DNA of 64,000 nucleotides from Octopus sinensis (GCF_006345805.1 NC_042997.1:70990001-71054000), one strand, 5' to 3'. Positions 22,150 through 36,569 are shown, counted from the stretch's first letter. Notes: generated from the letters alone by a model not told the origin. A program made the numbers and translations.

Positions 22150-23682
22150 GCAATACAGATCTATACGCAAGACACAGGGTCGAGGCGATTAATACTTTAG
22201 TAGTTTCAATATTATTAATTGGTCAATGACCGAAAACTTCGAAAACTGATGACAGTGAATAGAATACATCCACTTAAGGCAGATGTAGAACGTTTTTACT
22301 TGCCAAGAAAAGAGGGTGGCCGTGGACTTTTACAGTTTGAATTGTCACTAAAGATTTCCACAATTGGCCGAAACACGTATCTGAAAAATTCTGATGACTG
22401 GGTGGTAAAACTTGTCTTAAAGTACGAAAACAAGAAACCCAGTAACAACTCACTAACAAGTCAGGCAAGGAAATACATAAATGAATTCCAAATGCAACAA
22501 GTCCCGGAATTAGATGTACTGGAAACAAGCAAAGAAAAATCTAAACCTATGAAAAACCATGCTGTAACTGCTACCTTAGATATTCTCATTGATAAATGGC
22601 AAGAAAAACCTCTCAATGGAAAATACCCTAAAAGACTTAATAATACTGACGTTGACAAAACGCTTACCCATCAATGGTTAACATCTTCTGGCTTAAAATC
22701 AATGAGAGAAGGGTTTATCATAGCAGCCAAGGATTAATGCCTACCTACAAGAAGGTACTAAGATAACATCTTAAAGAACGGCAGCAGCCCAACATATCGT
22801 GTATGCAAACAACAAGCAGAAAACATTGATCATGTTGTCGCCATGTGCAGCCTTCTTGCAGCCACAGAATATCTCAACAGGCATGATTGAGCGACACAGT
22901 ATATTCACTGAGTAATGTGAAAGAACTGGACCTGCTTCATGAAAAGACTGGTGGGAACACAAACTACCTCTAGTGCTTGAAAATGATCACATCTCACCTC
23001 TTTAGAACGTTACTGTTCAAACAAGCAGAAACGTATGAAAAAAACCATGCTTAGATATTCTCACAGATAAATGGCAAGAAAAACATATCCTTCTCTACTC
23101 AAAGTAGAACCTAAAAGAACCCCTTCTTTTAGGTTCACTTTCTAAATAGCATAGAATCTCTATCCTGTTTTCTTCGCTAGCTCACTTCCTCCTCCTGACT
23201 TTATTGTTGCTGATGCTGTATTGGGATAACAGCTGTGGTCAGTCTGCAAATAGGCCAGACATTACATTAAAGGATTTCAGACAAAAAATGCCTCTTCTTC
23301 GGTATGACTGTCCCAATCGACATAGAAGTATCTGTAAAGACCTACCAAAAACTGAACAAATATAAAGATTTTGAAATACAAATTGGTAAAATGTGGAACC
23401 TGAAAGCTAGAACAATATCTGGTGTCATTGAATGATAGCAAAAGGGGCTGATCGATCCCTATTTCACATATCAAGAAATCCAAAAATGGAAGAAATGTAA
23501 AAAGAATAGTGCTCATGGGAACTACGCATAACCTACGAAAAATACTGTCTATGTAATTCCAAAAACATTTTATTCCGTGGACATTATCAAAAGTACTTTT
23601 AAATGTACATGATAGCAAAAACACCTCTAACTGAGACTTGAAATCAGCTTGTACTAATACAAAGCAAATGCGACTCATGATA
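22150..23682 (+). mobile_element. R4/Dong-like lineage C, 3' half, with a templated insertion
   Basis: HPLKADVERFYLPRKEGGRGL; HQWLTSSGLKS; CRVCKQQAENIDHVVAMC (CCHC); NRPDITLKD; KYKDFEIQIGKMWNLK. Homologous to 25400-26810. Confidence 0.9.
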
Positions 23683-23712
23683 GCAACAACAACAACAACA
23701 ACATAATAATAA

Positions 23713-23733
23713 TATAAAAATAAAACTACTGAA
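23713..23733 (+). mobile_element. ~20 bp 3' tip of lineage B inside AAT/AAC repeats
   Basis: ataaaaataaaactactga matches the end of the 14711-15294 copy (ataaaaataaaactaccga). Confidence 0.6.
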
Positions 23734-23746
23734 AATGATGATGATG

Positions 23747-23817
<71 letters not shown>

Positions 23818-26810
23818 CACAAATCTCAACCACCTATACTATGCATCCGCGAAAATCTCTACGATCCTATGTGGTGTAAAGATTAGAAAACGGCAATACT
23901 CCCACAAAAAGCCTTCTTGGCAAGAGCGATTGCAACAACAAATTAAACTATTTAGATCTGACATTGAATATTTGAAAAACCTTAAGGTTCACAAGACTAC
24001 CAAACCTACAAAAACCCAAAAATTACTAAAAAAATAAAATATGAAAACTATACTTGATATTGATACCACCATATAAACCATCAAACAAAAGGTATCTGCC
24101 AAAGCTACCCGCATAGCGAGGTATGAAAAGTGTGTTAGATTTTTCAAGGACAACAACATGTTAAAAAATAACCCCAATATTTTTACAGGAAGGTAGGAAA
24201 AACAGCGTATACTGCAAGGTCTGTACCATCAAAAGAAGAAGTGCAGAGATTTTGGAATAAAATTTGGGCAGAAGAAAAAACACACAACGAAAAGGCCCCC
24301 TGAATTGACAGAATATCTACAGAACTGGACCCCTAAGAAGAGCAAAAGTGAGATGGTGTCAAGGTAGAAGATATAAGATCTGCTCTCAGGAGGTCAAGCA
24401 AATGGAAGTCTCCAGGAAATGATAAAATTCCTAACTTCTGGTTGAATGCCTTCCCAGAGAGCCATGAACTGCTAACAGAACTGTACAATGATGTTTTGCA
24501 ACACCCTAGTAGGATGCCTCCTTGGCTAGTTAATGGGTTAACATTTCTGCTTCCAAAAAGTGAGGAAACAAATGAACCAAAAAACTATAGACCCATAACC
24601 TGCTTAACAACTATGTATAAAACGCTAACATCTGTCCTGACGGAATATACTTATAGTTTTTTAACAGACAGCAGCATATTCCCTAATGAACAGAAAGGAT
24701 GTAAACGTGAATCCTACGGCTGTAAAGATCAACTACTCATCAATAAGATGATCTTAGAAGATTGTCACAAACGACACAGACTATAAAAAGGCTTTTGATA
24801 GCCTACCACATAGGTGGATTAGGAAATGCCTGGAAATGTATAAAATTGCACCTACTCTGCGAAACTTTTCACTGTAAGTATGAGATCATAGAGAACCACA
24901 CTAACTCTTTACAGTGACAATGAATCCCTAAATGCTGGTAATGTAAAAATTTCGTGTGGCATTTTCCAGGTGACTCACTGTCACCACTCCTCTTTTGTTT
25001 AGCCTTAATACCTCTCTCAAAACAGCTCAATGACGCGCAGTACGGGTATAAAATGTTTGATAAATATATAAATCAACTCATTTACATGGGTGATTTAAAG
25101 CTTTTTGCAAAAAATGACCAACAACCCAAGGGCTTACTAGCGATAGTCAAACAATTCAGTGACGACATCAGAATGCAATTCAGCCTCGATAAATGTGCAA
25201 AAGCTACCTTTATCAAAGGAAAAATGACAGAAACATCTAACGTTAACCTTGACCAGCAGAATGTCATAAAATAGTTAGACCCAACGGAGAGCTACAAGTA
25301 CCTAGGGGTAATTGAAGGGAACGGAATAAGGCATTCAGAGATGAAGGAAAGGATCAGGAGAGAATGTTATCGAAGAGTGAGAGCAAGACAGAGCTGAATG
25401 CAAGAAACAGGATCGAAGAGATCAATGGATTAGCCATACCAGCCGTGACTTACAGTTTCAATATCGTTAACTGGTCAATTACTGAAATATGTCAGCTCGA
25501 CAGAAAAATAAGAAAACTGTTGACAATGCATAGAATGCCCCACCCTAAGGCAGATATAGAACGACTTTATCTGCCAAGAAAAGAGGGAGGCCGTGGTCTT
25601 CTGCAACTGGCAATAACAATGGAGATTGCTACAATTGGCCAAGACACCCACCTGAAAAAGTCTGAGGACTGGATTTTAAAACTTGTCTCGAAACATGAAA
25701 ACAAGAAAGCATCATACTAAGTAACGAAACAGGCAAAGGAATATCTAAGTGAATTCCGAATACAACAAATTTTGGAATTAGAGATAGACATACAAGAAAC
25801 AAGCACAGAAAAAGCTAAGCGCATGAAAACCCGTGCCAAAACAGCGGCCTTAGATATTCTGAATAATAAATGACAAGAAAAACCTCTCTATGGCAAATAC
25901 CCAAAGAGAGGCGAATAATGCAGATATTGACAAAGCCCTGACCCATCAATGGCTAATGGCCTCTGGCTTACAATCTGAAACAGAAGGGTTTATCATAGCA
26001 GCTCAAGATCAATGCCTACCAACAAGAAACTACCAGGCCAACAAATTAAAGAACGGCAGTAGTCCAACATGTCGTGTATGCCGACAACAAAATGAAACCA
26101 TTGATCATGTTGTCTCCAAATGCAGTCTTCTAGCGCCTACAAAGTACCTCAACAGGCATGATAGAGCTGCACAATATATTCACTGGGTAATTTGAAAAAA
26201 CCTGGATTTGCCCCATGATAAAAACTGGTGGGAACACAATCCACCTCCAGTACTTGAAAATGACCACATCTCACTCCTCTGGAACTTCCCCATTCAAACT
26301 GACAGAAAGATAGATGCAAATAGGCCAGACATCATATTGAAAGACTGCAGACAAAGAACATGCCTCCTCATTGATATGACTGTCCCAATCGATATAAACG
26401 TATCTGTCAAGACCTACCAAAAACTGAGCAAATATAAAGATCTTGAAATAGAAATCAGCAAAATGTGGAAGCTGAAGACTAAAACAATACCTGTTGTCAT
26501 ATGCGCCCTGTGAATGACAGCGAAAGGGGCTAACTCAGATACCAGGAAACCCCAAAATGGCAGAAATTCAAAAGATAGTGCTCATGGGAATATCCTACGC
26601 AAAATACTCTCTATGTAATCCCAAGGTTTAAAACAAACTTTTTAAAAAAATTTATTTATTAGACATTCACTAGTACAACACCAAAAAAACCCCAAATATA
26701 TGGCACACTAGGAATAACAACAACGTGAACTTCCAACCTGTTGTCTCTTGAGGTCTCTGGGTGAGACTTGGAGCCAACTTGTACAGACATAAAGCAAAAG
26801 TCAAACATAG
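23818..26810 (+). mobile_element. R4/Dong-like RLE non-LTR retrotransposon, lineage C, ~3 kb, 5'-truncated, decayed
   Basis: WKSPGNDKIPNFWL; NYRPITCLTTMYK; EQKGC...GCKDQLLINK; GDSLSPLLF; YMGDLKLF; YKYLGV; EGGRGL; CRVCRQQNETIDHVVSKC; RPDIILKD; KYKDLEIEISKMWKL; IPVVICAL. (AAT)n on both sides. Many stops and frameshifts. Confidence 0.95.
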
Positions 26811-26850
26811 AATAATAATAATAATAATTATGATAATAATAATAGCAGCT

Positions 26851-27966
26851 GTGATGACAATGTTGACGAACATTACCTTCCCTCAGTTGAGAGTCAAGAG
26901 TTTTCCGAGAAACCCTGGTATAACACCGTGAATGAGGCTCGACCTTTAAGGGAAGGCCTATCGCTCGGACGTGGTTCAGTAAAGATGCAGTCTGACCACA
27001 GCTGTTATCCTAATACAGCATCAGCAATTAATAGAGTCAGGAGGAGGAAGTGAGCCAGCGAAGAAAACAGGATAAAGATTCAATGCTATTTAGAAAGTGA
27101 ACCTAAAAAAGGGTTTCTTTTAGGTTCTACTTTGAGTAGAGAAGGATATGTTTAAAGTGAATGAGCAGAGACTAGTAGAGCAAGTTAATGCTATTGGGAG
27201 AAGAAAGTGGATGAGAGAATTTGAGGTGGAAGAGATCACAAGAGAACTGGGGAAAGAAAGACTAGGCAGTAGAAAAGACAAACAACAACATAACAAATAC
27301 AGTTCAAACAGAAGGAGTATCTAAAGGGTAAAATAATAATTACAATGCCAATAATGAAAGGACAGTAGGCATAAGGGATTTAAGCGATTTAAGTGAGGAA
27401 GATCAGAAGATTATAGATGAGCTGAAGGAAACAATGAGTAAATAAGAAAAAGATTGCCAGCATTAAAAGGTGCCAACAAAAGGAACCTACTAGATATGAC
27501 TAGAAAAGTAGTTTCTGTTATTAGTAGGATAGATACTATAAATATAGGTGACACTAACTTATGGATCTATGCAGGAAGTGTAGTAGGTACTACAAGATTA
27601 GACATTCCTCAAGGAAAGATTACAAAAGAACTATTCAAAATATAGTGAAGAATTTAAGACAAGATCTGAGTAGAATAGAAGCCTGGAAAACAAACAAGTT
27701 AGGAAACACAAAATTTGAATGTTCTCTTGAGAAAGATACTTAGTCAAAGAGAAGTGATTTGTGATAATCACGGAGGAGTTGGAACAGCGTATCATAGCTG
27801 TAGTAGGTAAGCTTTCCAAATATCAGAAAAGAATAGATCAGTATCAACAGAATAGATTGTTCCAGACAGACCATAGGAGATTTTATAGTCAAATAAATAA
27901 TGAAGAAGAAAGTACTGAAGATGCAGAAGTAGCTAGAAATTTCTGGAATAATATTTGGGATAAGCC
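26851..27966 (+). mobile_element. R4/Dong-like lineage A, 5' part
   Basis: Colinear with 11147-12250 from the shared first bases gtgatgacaatg through gcagagactag, caagatctgagtagaata and atatttgggataagcc. Confidence 0.9.
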
Positions 27967-28859
27967 TATCTTATGTGGTTATATACAACTATAAATGATT
28001 CTGATGATATTCAAAAATATTACATGAGAATAACCATAGACACTTTCAAAAGCACGCAGCATTTAAATTCACTTAAGCCTCCAATTCGTTTTGAACTAAA
28101 GGAGTCATATATACAAAAGATTACCAGAAATATATAATAATAGAGTAAATAACTGTAGATTTTTCTGTGATGCTCTAGAACTTGAAACAACCAGACACGA
28201 ATCAATAAGAGCTTCAATCATCCACTGGTGTTTACCTATATCTTTTCTCCGGGACGTCAGTTTTGCATCGTCATTTGGTTGTAAATTAGGTTATGTTTAG
28301 AGCAATAAATTATAGAAATAGTTTATTACGCTAAATATAACCGGCGAGAGGCGAATTACATTCGATCCGAGCACAAACGAAAGATACATCAGTGCTGCGG
28401 CGTTACTTGAAGGATCACATAGAAGCATTCATACATTTTTAACCTTTTTTCCACACATTTCCTATTTAGATAAATCATGTCTCTTACATAAATTTAATAA
28501 GTTAACACATTTTAATCTAATATTAACTCCCTGCTTGTGGTCACACTCACGTAATATATCAAGATATATATTTTCATCTATCACACAAATACGTTATAAA
28601 GGACTCCAATAATAAGATTAACCAAAAATATATAAGCGTTTCAAAATACAAAATACTTTAAGATCTAAGGGAGTCAATGATGATAGAAAACTGGAAATAA
28701 TTTATTTCCTTGCAAAGGTAAAAGTGCGTCATCTCAGGTATATTGAATTATTTCTTAATTGATAATAAAAGTTTTATAAATAAAAACAAAAATTATATAC
28801 ATACATCTCTAACCACTCCATATATATATGCATACATATAAGCATACATACACACATGC

Positions 28860-29137
28860 ACATACATACATATATACATACATAATACATACATACATAC
28901 ATACATACATACATACGTATCCTTACATATAAATACATATAATATTGTAAACTGATGTAATAAAAGGACTTCATTTTTACATTCGCCATCTTTATAATTG
29001 TTAAAACTGCAGATACTTGCAGATTTTCAGGCATTTGTTTGACATAATCTCCAGATTGCCGACTGTCTGTAGCATGCACCCGTAGATGAGCTTAAGCTCG
29101 AGGGTTAACAGTCAAATGAAAGGAATGAAGTTATATT

Positions 29138-29202
<65 letters not shown>

Positions 29203-29214
29203 ATAGATAGATAG

Positions 29215-29295
<81 letters not shown>

Positions 29296-29390
29296 CACAC
29301 ATACATACATACATACATACATACATACATACATACATACATACATACATACATACATACATACATACATACATACGTGCATGCATACGA
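28860..29390. repeat. Compound (CATA)n/(TA)n/(GATA)n microsatellites around a short unique segment
   Basis: Read directly. Confidence 0.95.
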
Positions 29391-29929
29391 ATGAGTACAC
29401 AAACGAAAAGAGGTGGGTCAACATATCTATAACTAAGATGTCTTATTCAAGCCGTTTATTTCGGTTCTATGAGACTTGAAATTTCGCAGGGCTCTATGAG
29501 AGGACCGTCTCTTGCACGCCATAGATTACCGAATGTAGAGATACAGTAAATGCAACATGGCTACAAGAAGATAGGTAGTTATTGGCCAAGGTGAGCCGCA
29601 TGGTGCTGTGAAATGATATTCTTTTAAAACACTATGTGACCCACCTATTTTCCTGTAGCCATCATGCTTTCCATTCGGTAATTTAAAGCCCGGAAAAGAC
29701 GGGTTTCTGTTAGAGCCCTGCAAAGCCTTATGCCAAGTGGAACAGAATCAAACTGTTTTACATAATATGTGTGAGTGTGTACATACATATTTATTTCTAC
29801 ATATGCATATATATAGATATAAACGTATACACAATGCACACACATTCATTTACACACCCACACACATACGCACATGCACACTCACAAGCGAACACACATA
29901 CAAATATATATACATACATACATTTATAT

Positions 29930-29989
29930 ATATATGTATATATATACACATATATATACATATATATATGTATATATATATATTATATA

Positions 29990-30048
<59 letters not shown>

Positions 30049-30112
30049 GTATGTATGTATGTATATGTATATATATAATATATTATATATATATATATAT
30101 AATATATATATA

Positions 30113-30154
<42 letters not shown>

Positions 30155-30256
30155 ATATTATATATATATATATAATATATATATATTATAATATATATAT
30201 ATATATTATATATATATTATATATATATATATATATACACACATATATATATATAT
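29930..30256. repeat. Long imperfect (TA)n tract
   Basis: Read directly. Confidence 0.97.
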
Positions 30257-30337
30257 AACTAAAAATAAGGGTGTCTGAGAGACACCACCATGCCGAAATA
30301 GCATGGTGGTGTCTCTCAGACAGCCTTATTTTTAGTT
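30257..30337. repeat. 37 bp-arm hairpin (7 nt loop) containing a degenerate hammerhead-like core
   Basis: aactaaaaataagggtgtctgagagacaccaccatgc-cgaaata-gcatggtggtgtctctcagacagccttatttttagtt, one mismatch between arms. Confidence 0.9.
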
Positions 30338-30410
30338 GTAAAAAATTATTACGTTTGTATGTTATTTTTTCCCATGCTGGTCACTTCATAATATCGATAT
30401 TATCCTTATT

Positions 30411-30504
<94 letters not shown>

Positions 30505-30507
<3 letters not shown>

Positions 30508-32087
30508 TATGTCTCCTTTTATTATGCATATCAATCATTCCTCAATAAAATCAAAACCCCTTGTCCGATTATGTGAAAACTTTCACACGATATGTAGGAT
30601 TATGTATCTCATGTCACCTGTACTATTCGTCTAAATCGGTGTACATTTAAAGTGAAAATTAAGTAAAACATGTCTATAGAGTATTTCTTTTTATTATGCA
30701 AATTAAGAAATATTATATAAACTACATGTGATTTACATATAGAATAATGCATAACCAGACCGTTAATATATGCGTATATCTTCCACCATATAACTATATT
30801 TACAAACAATTATGTATATAGTTTTCACCTTTATAAAACCTCATTTACCATCTATAACTTTAAATATTCTCTCGTCAACTGATTTTGCCCATTTCTCAAC
30901 AATCTCACTTTTAATGTTACTTGCAGCAGTTTAGTAAATCCTTGTTTGGGTAATTTTTTACCATTATACAATACATCTTTTTTAATAACTGACAACAAAT
31001 TTTCTATTGGGTTTAGATCTGGAGATTGGGTTGGGGGGGCATTCCATTATCTTATGATCTTTGAAACCTTTCTTTGCTAAAGTTAATAGTGAGTTTGGCA
31101 GAGTATGAAGGGGCATTATCATGCATAAATATGCTCTTTAACTTGAAACTTAGCGATGTTGACTTGTTCTAATGGAAGAATTAGTCATCAAGAAACTTGC
31201 AATAATTTTCAGCATTTATTTTGACTCCATCAACAACCTTAAATGGACCTATAATGTCTCATCCAAAACATGATTCCTCCACCATCCTGCTGCCTTCTTA
31301 TACGTATTGGTTGACTTTTTCGATATAACACCCAGCCTCTTGTTCATCCGTCAGATCCAGCTAATGTTGCTCTGCATTCGTCAGTAAAAATTACATTTGT
31401 AAAGTCTGTCTTCATATATCTTTTTGCCTACGTCACTCTTTTTTCTTTGTTCTATTTTATTTTAAGGAGGCAATTTTGCGAAATTTATGACGTTTACCAT
31501 TTCTTTTAATATTGTGCAACGTTTTTTTTCCTTTGTATGTTAGAGATTCCTGCATCTTCAAAGATTTGTTTGTTGGTTAAACCACTTTTCTTGCACATAA
31601 TTCTTTTGAGTTTTCTCTTATCTCTATTTGAGATGTTCTTGAAACCCGTTTTCTTCCTTATTCTTAATCTCACAGTATTTTGTACCTGTTTTTTTTTTGT
31701 TCTGTGATCACTATTTAGCATTTTAGAATTTACAATTGTTGTATCCCCTTCTCCCAGTAGTTTCACTATTTCTTTCTTCTCCTTTCATGTTATATCTTTA
31801 CTTCGACCCATTTCTATATTTCCTGTATCTGAAATTAAGAAAAAACATTTCAAAATCACATATCACATGGGAGAAAGCAGTATCTTGTTAATATGCATAA
31901 TAAAAAGAAACACCCTATAAACGTGTTTTTCTTCAAATCCACTTTAAATGTACACCGATTTAGACGAAAAGTACACGAGACATGGGACACATAATCCTAC
32001 ATATCCCGTAAAACTTCTAAGAAAATCAGACAATGGGTTTTGATTTTATTGCGGAAAGATTGACCTCCATAATAAAAGGAAACATAG

Positions 32088-32089
<2 letters not shown>
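30505..32089 (-). mobile_element. Tc1-family (DD34E) DNA transposon with ~230 bp TIRs, IR/DR type, decayed
   Basis: TA|CACTATG...CATAGTA|TA. Exact 28 bp TIR anchor at 30627-30654 / 31940-31967. Minus-strand relic from 31811: MGRSKDIT*KEKKEIVKLLGEG...IFMHDNAPSYSAK...SPDLNPIENLLSVIK. Confidence 0.92.
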
Positions 32090-32150
<61 letters not shown>

Positions 32151-32573
32151 TATATATATATTCATATATATACATACATACATAACTATACAAATATAAA
32201 TTTATGCACACATATTCATATATGTCATATATATCTTCGTGCAGGGTAGTAGCTGTGTATATATAGCTTACTCTCTATAATAAATACATGTACGCTAAAT
32301 TAAAACTATCACTACAATCTCCATTAAAAATGGAGGGACATAACTTCCGTTTTTGTCTGCACTGTTTTCTCAAATTTAATTGATATACAACTAACGACAA
32401 AATGGTGTTGTGACTGTGGTATAGGGTACAAGGAAAATAACAGGCATGCAAAATATGTTTGTCTCTTATCAATTGGTGATGTGATATGTTCGTTGTTCTT
32501 TCTACTTTTGTTTATGCAAATAGTGTCCCATTCCTTCTTTTCTGTCGCTCACACCGTTTCTTTCTCTCTACAT

Positions 32574-32605
<32 letters not shown>

Positions 32606-34245
32606 CTCTCCCATTCTTTATCCTGTCTCACACTCTCATTCTCTCTCCTTTGCCTTTCTATATCACTGCCTATTTATATCTTTCCATTCAGCTGCGATCC
32701 CCATTTTCACTTTCTCATAATTTTCTCGCATTACCTTTTCGGTTGTTGACCACACACACACTCACACCCACATATACACACTTACAAAATCTCACATGCA
32801 TGCATACACAAACACACACCATCACTTTTACTACGACAGACCAGAATTTTACAGTAGAGAACAAACGGTAATGCTGATTCTAGTACTCTATTGTTATTTG
32901 ACTGACCTTGAAGAATTACAAGCAAACCTGACTTCAGTGCGATTTAAACTCTTAAGCATAAAAAACTGCAAATCTTTTAATTGCAAAAGTAAGAATAAAC
33001 AATAAGTGTTCTATAGTATAGTTTGTAATTCGTTCATCGGACATACGATACACAGGTGTTTCAGCTCAAGATGAGGGACCGCTAGATCTTTTTCCTTTCG
33101 GTAGTTTGTTTCAAGTTGAAAGTTCATAATGTTTAGTATGCATGAAAAAGTGCTATATTTTCAGGAACAGCTATATTCTACAGAATTTGCATTAAAAATT
33201 ATTGATTGACAATAAACGCAATTCTTAAAAGAAGCAACATTTTAAAAATGCAGCGAGTACATGATAAATGAAAATAAAATATTGATAACGTATCCATCTA
33301 ATTCTAAGTCTAATCTGATTACTTATCACAATAACAATAGCGGAGGGTTTAGACTACGTAAGTGTGATAGTTTATGTGTTAAAACATCTTTTCGGATTTC
33401 AGGTGGCCACGGATACCACGCAATATTTGCAGGAGTATTTTAGAAGTGCGTAACTAATGTTTCTTATAGACATCGTAATTTTTTTAAGAAAGGCGTAGAT
33501 AAATTAACATATCCTGCCACAACTGATTTAGCCGATGATATAACCCAATAACCATTATTACTATTTCAGTGTCACGGCATCAAAATTCAAGTTGAGGTGG
33601 GCCAATCATTTACATTATTTCAATAACAAGAACAAATTACGTAATGCCTCGTTAGCAAATTTCTTGGAGACTAGAAAAATGAAAATATTGATTACTTTAA
33701 TTCGTGGTCAATTAAACGGACAAAGGAGTACAATTAATTTTACTTTACGCTACATGGGAAGCACTTGAAATTCTAAAATCTACGTAAGGATTACTTAACA
33801 AATATAATGAGATTTTAATCCGTTGCCCAAACCAGATTTCTAAAACCTTTCTGAGGATTCTGTGAACGTAGCATATATATTACATTATATAGTATTATAA
33901 AACTGCATAAGCATATTTGTTGGCGTCACTTCATTTTTCATTGTCACTATCATTCTTCTCTGATTTCTTTCCAATATATTGTGTTATAAACATTTTATAT
34001 TTTGTAATGGTATTAACTACTCCTTAGAACTCTAATTACACTGTGTAACAAAATTATTATTATTTTTTTTGTCTTTGATCATAAGTATTTTTTCCCATTT
34101 GCTTCTATCTAAAAATCAAAGGGAATTACTACTATCCTCTTCAAATTTTGCTTTTGTGTCCTGGTTATCAATGTTTTGAAACAGACCAATTTCCTTTTAT
34201 ATTTCCTGCAGATTCAGCGTTGAGTTGCCGAAGCAGAAATATCGT

Positions 34246-34415
34246 TATAGCAAATATTCTGCTCAGTACCACAAATCTGTTCGTCAGTTGTTTGACCTTA
34301 ACCACTTGAGCATTTCCCTCAGTGGCTAACAAGATGTGTATTTCTGATTATGAGTAGAAGTAGTGGGAGAGCAGCATAACCATGTGTTGAGAGGATTTAT
34401 TTGGGGCTTGGATAA
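34246..34415. mobile_element. Internal fragment of element X, diverged
   Basis: gcaaatattctgctcagtaccacaaat...gtcagttgtttgaccttaaccacttgagcat...agtggcta...gagtagaagtagtggg...catgtgttgagagga matches 21668-21830. Confidence 0.85.
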
Positions 34416-35405
34416 ATGTAACAAAGTTTGCAGAAAATATTAGCCATTTTTCATACTTTCTAGCGGTAAGCAAATAGGAAATAACAGTTGCTACCCAAGG
34501 ATGACAAAAATCGTGTTACACTATATAATTACTGTCACTTCATGGTTTCGCGCAATAGTTTTGCCTTTTCCTTATATAACATTTTGTTGGTTACGTTTAA
34601 AGTAGTAGTATTTAATAGTAATATTATTTTCTATATCATTTTTTAAATAATTACATTGTTGTCTTATGATATTTTGATTGTGATTTGACTTGTTTTTCTG
34701 CTTAATTTCATGTGAAATTTAATAGTTCCTTTAATTATAAGTCTATATCTATACCTTCGTATCTTTTTCTATCTCTATATTCTTCATGATCCTCTTGGAT
34801 TTTAACTTCCTCTTAATCCTGTTAATCCTGAGATGCCGATTAACAAACGACGCTTTGTAGATATCACTGTTTACTATTACCAAAATTCAAATACCGCTCT
34901 CGTTGCACCGACTACCAATTATATAATACAGATCTCTTGTGTTGCCTACTGTAGTATGCCTGGCGCCTCAAAGGACTTTTAGTAAATTGAATTTTTACCT
35001 TTCTCTACCTGTCTATAGACAATCTGTACCTGTCTATAAGCCTGTCGTAATGATTTATTTCTTGCTGTCAAACTCTAAGCCAATCTCAGTTATCATATTT
35101 AAAACGCTATTCATTTTGATGTAAGCGTATTGCATGTTCTACAAGTTCATGACAAAATGATAGAATTAATTATTCTAATTGGTTTCAAAATGTTAAATGA
35201 TTTATCTAACCACTCTCTCATTGAAACAATCGTTTTCATCTGAAAGTATAAAATGCGGATGACGGAAATTGCTCGGATTTTCATCTTCTGTGAAATATTT
35301 TATTTTATCGGATCGTTTCCTTTCCATACATAATCTTAGCCAGGATTTGCATGGACGCGGACAGACTTTATTGCCGATATTTAACGTTTCACTTCACATC
35401 ATATA

Positions 35406-35442
<37 letters not shown>

Positions 35443-35540
35443 GCATGTGTGTCTGTGCGTGTGTGTGCGCGCGTGTGTGAGTGTGTGTTTGTGTGTATGT
35501 AAATATAATGCATTTTCATTTTCATACTTGCACATGTATG

Positions 35541-35591
<51 letters not shown>

Positions 35592-35592
<1 letters not shown>

Positions 35593-35639
35593 CGTGTATA
35601 GATAAGTATGTGTGTGTGTATAAGTACATATATATATAC

Positions 35640-35711
<72 letters not shown>

Positions 35712-35895
35712 ATATATACATATATGTGTATATATATGTACACACATATCTTATAAATATTTACATGTATGTTTGTGAGTGTATATATATACCTTTATAC
35801 CTTTTATTCTTTTGAATAAGTATCAGTGGAATTTTTGAAACATATGTAGAAAGAAAAAATACTTGTTTAAACCTGCGTTGACTCCATTTTTTATT

Positions 35896-35961
<66 letters not shown>

Positions 35962-36137
35962 TATAGAGAGATACAATACATATATAACTGTATATTTGAT
36001 CCAAATTAAATGTGTATTTATAATACAAATTATTGTATATAGTGCTCAGGTGCACCACAACTTGTCAGTAAGTTGTATGTATGCATATATTTATATATAT
36101 ATATGCGTGTATATACACATATCGATCACATACATTA

Positions 36138-36173
<36 letters not shown>

Positions 36174-36243
36174 TATATATATATATATATATATATCGTG
36201 TATAGATAAGTATGTGTGTGTGTATAAGTACATATATATATAC

Positions 36244-36315
<72 letters not shown>

Positions 36316-36499
36316 ATATATACATATATGTGTATATATATGTACACACATATCTTATAAATATTTACATGTATGTTTGTGAGTGTATATATATACCTTT
36401 ATACCTTTTATTCTTTTGAATAAGTATCAGTGGAATTTTTGAAACATATGTAGAAAGAAAAAATACTTGTTTAAACCTGCGTTGACTCCATTTTTTATT

Positions 36500-36569
<70 letters not shown>

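Noticed and set aside
28930-29110. Possible second (ACAT)n-associated retroelement end
   Set aside because: No RLE motifs, and orientation relative to the repeat is opposite to that at 48396.
33403-33600. Short candidate exons (VATDTTQYLQEYFRS; CHGIKIQVE)
   Set aside because: Splice-like dinucleotides are common by chance, the peptides are unrecognised and no gene model is consistent.
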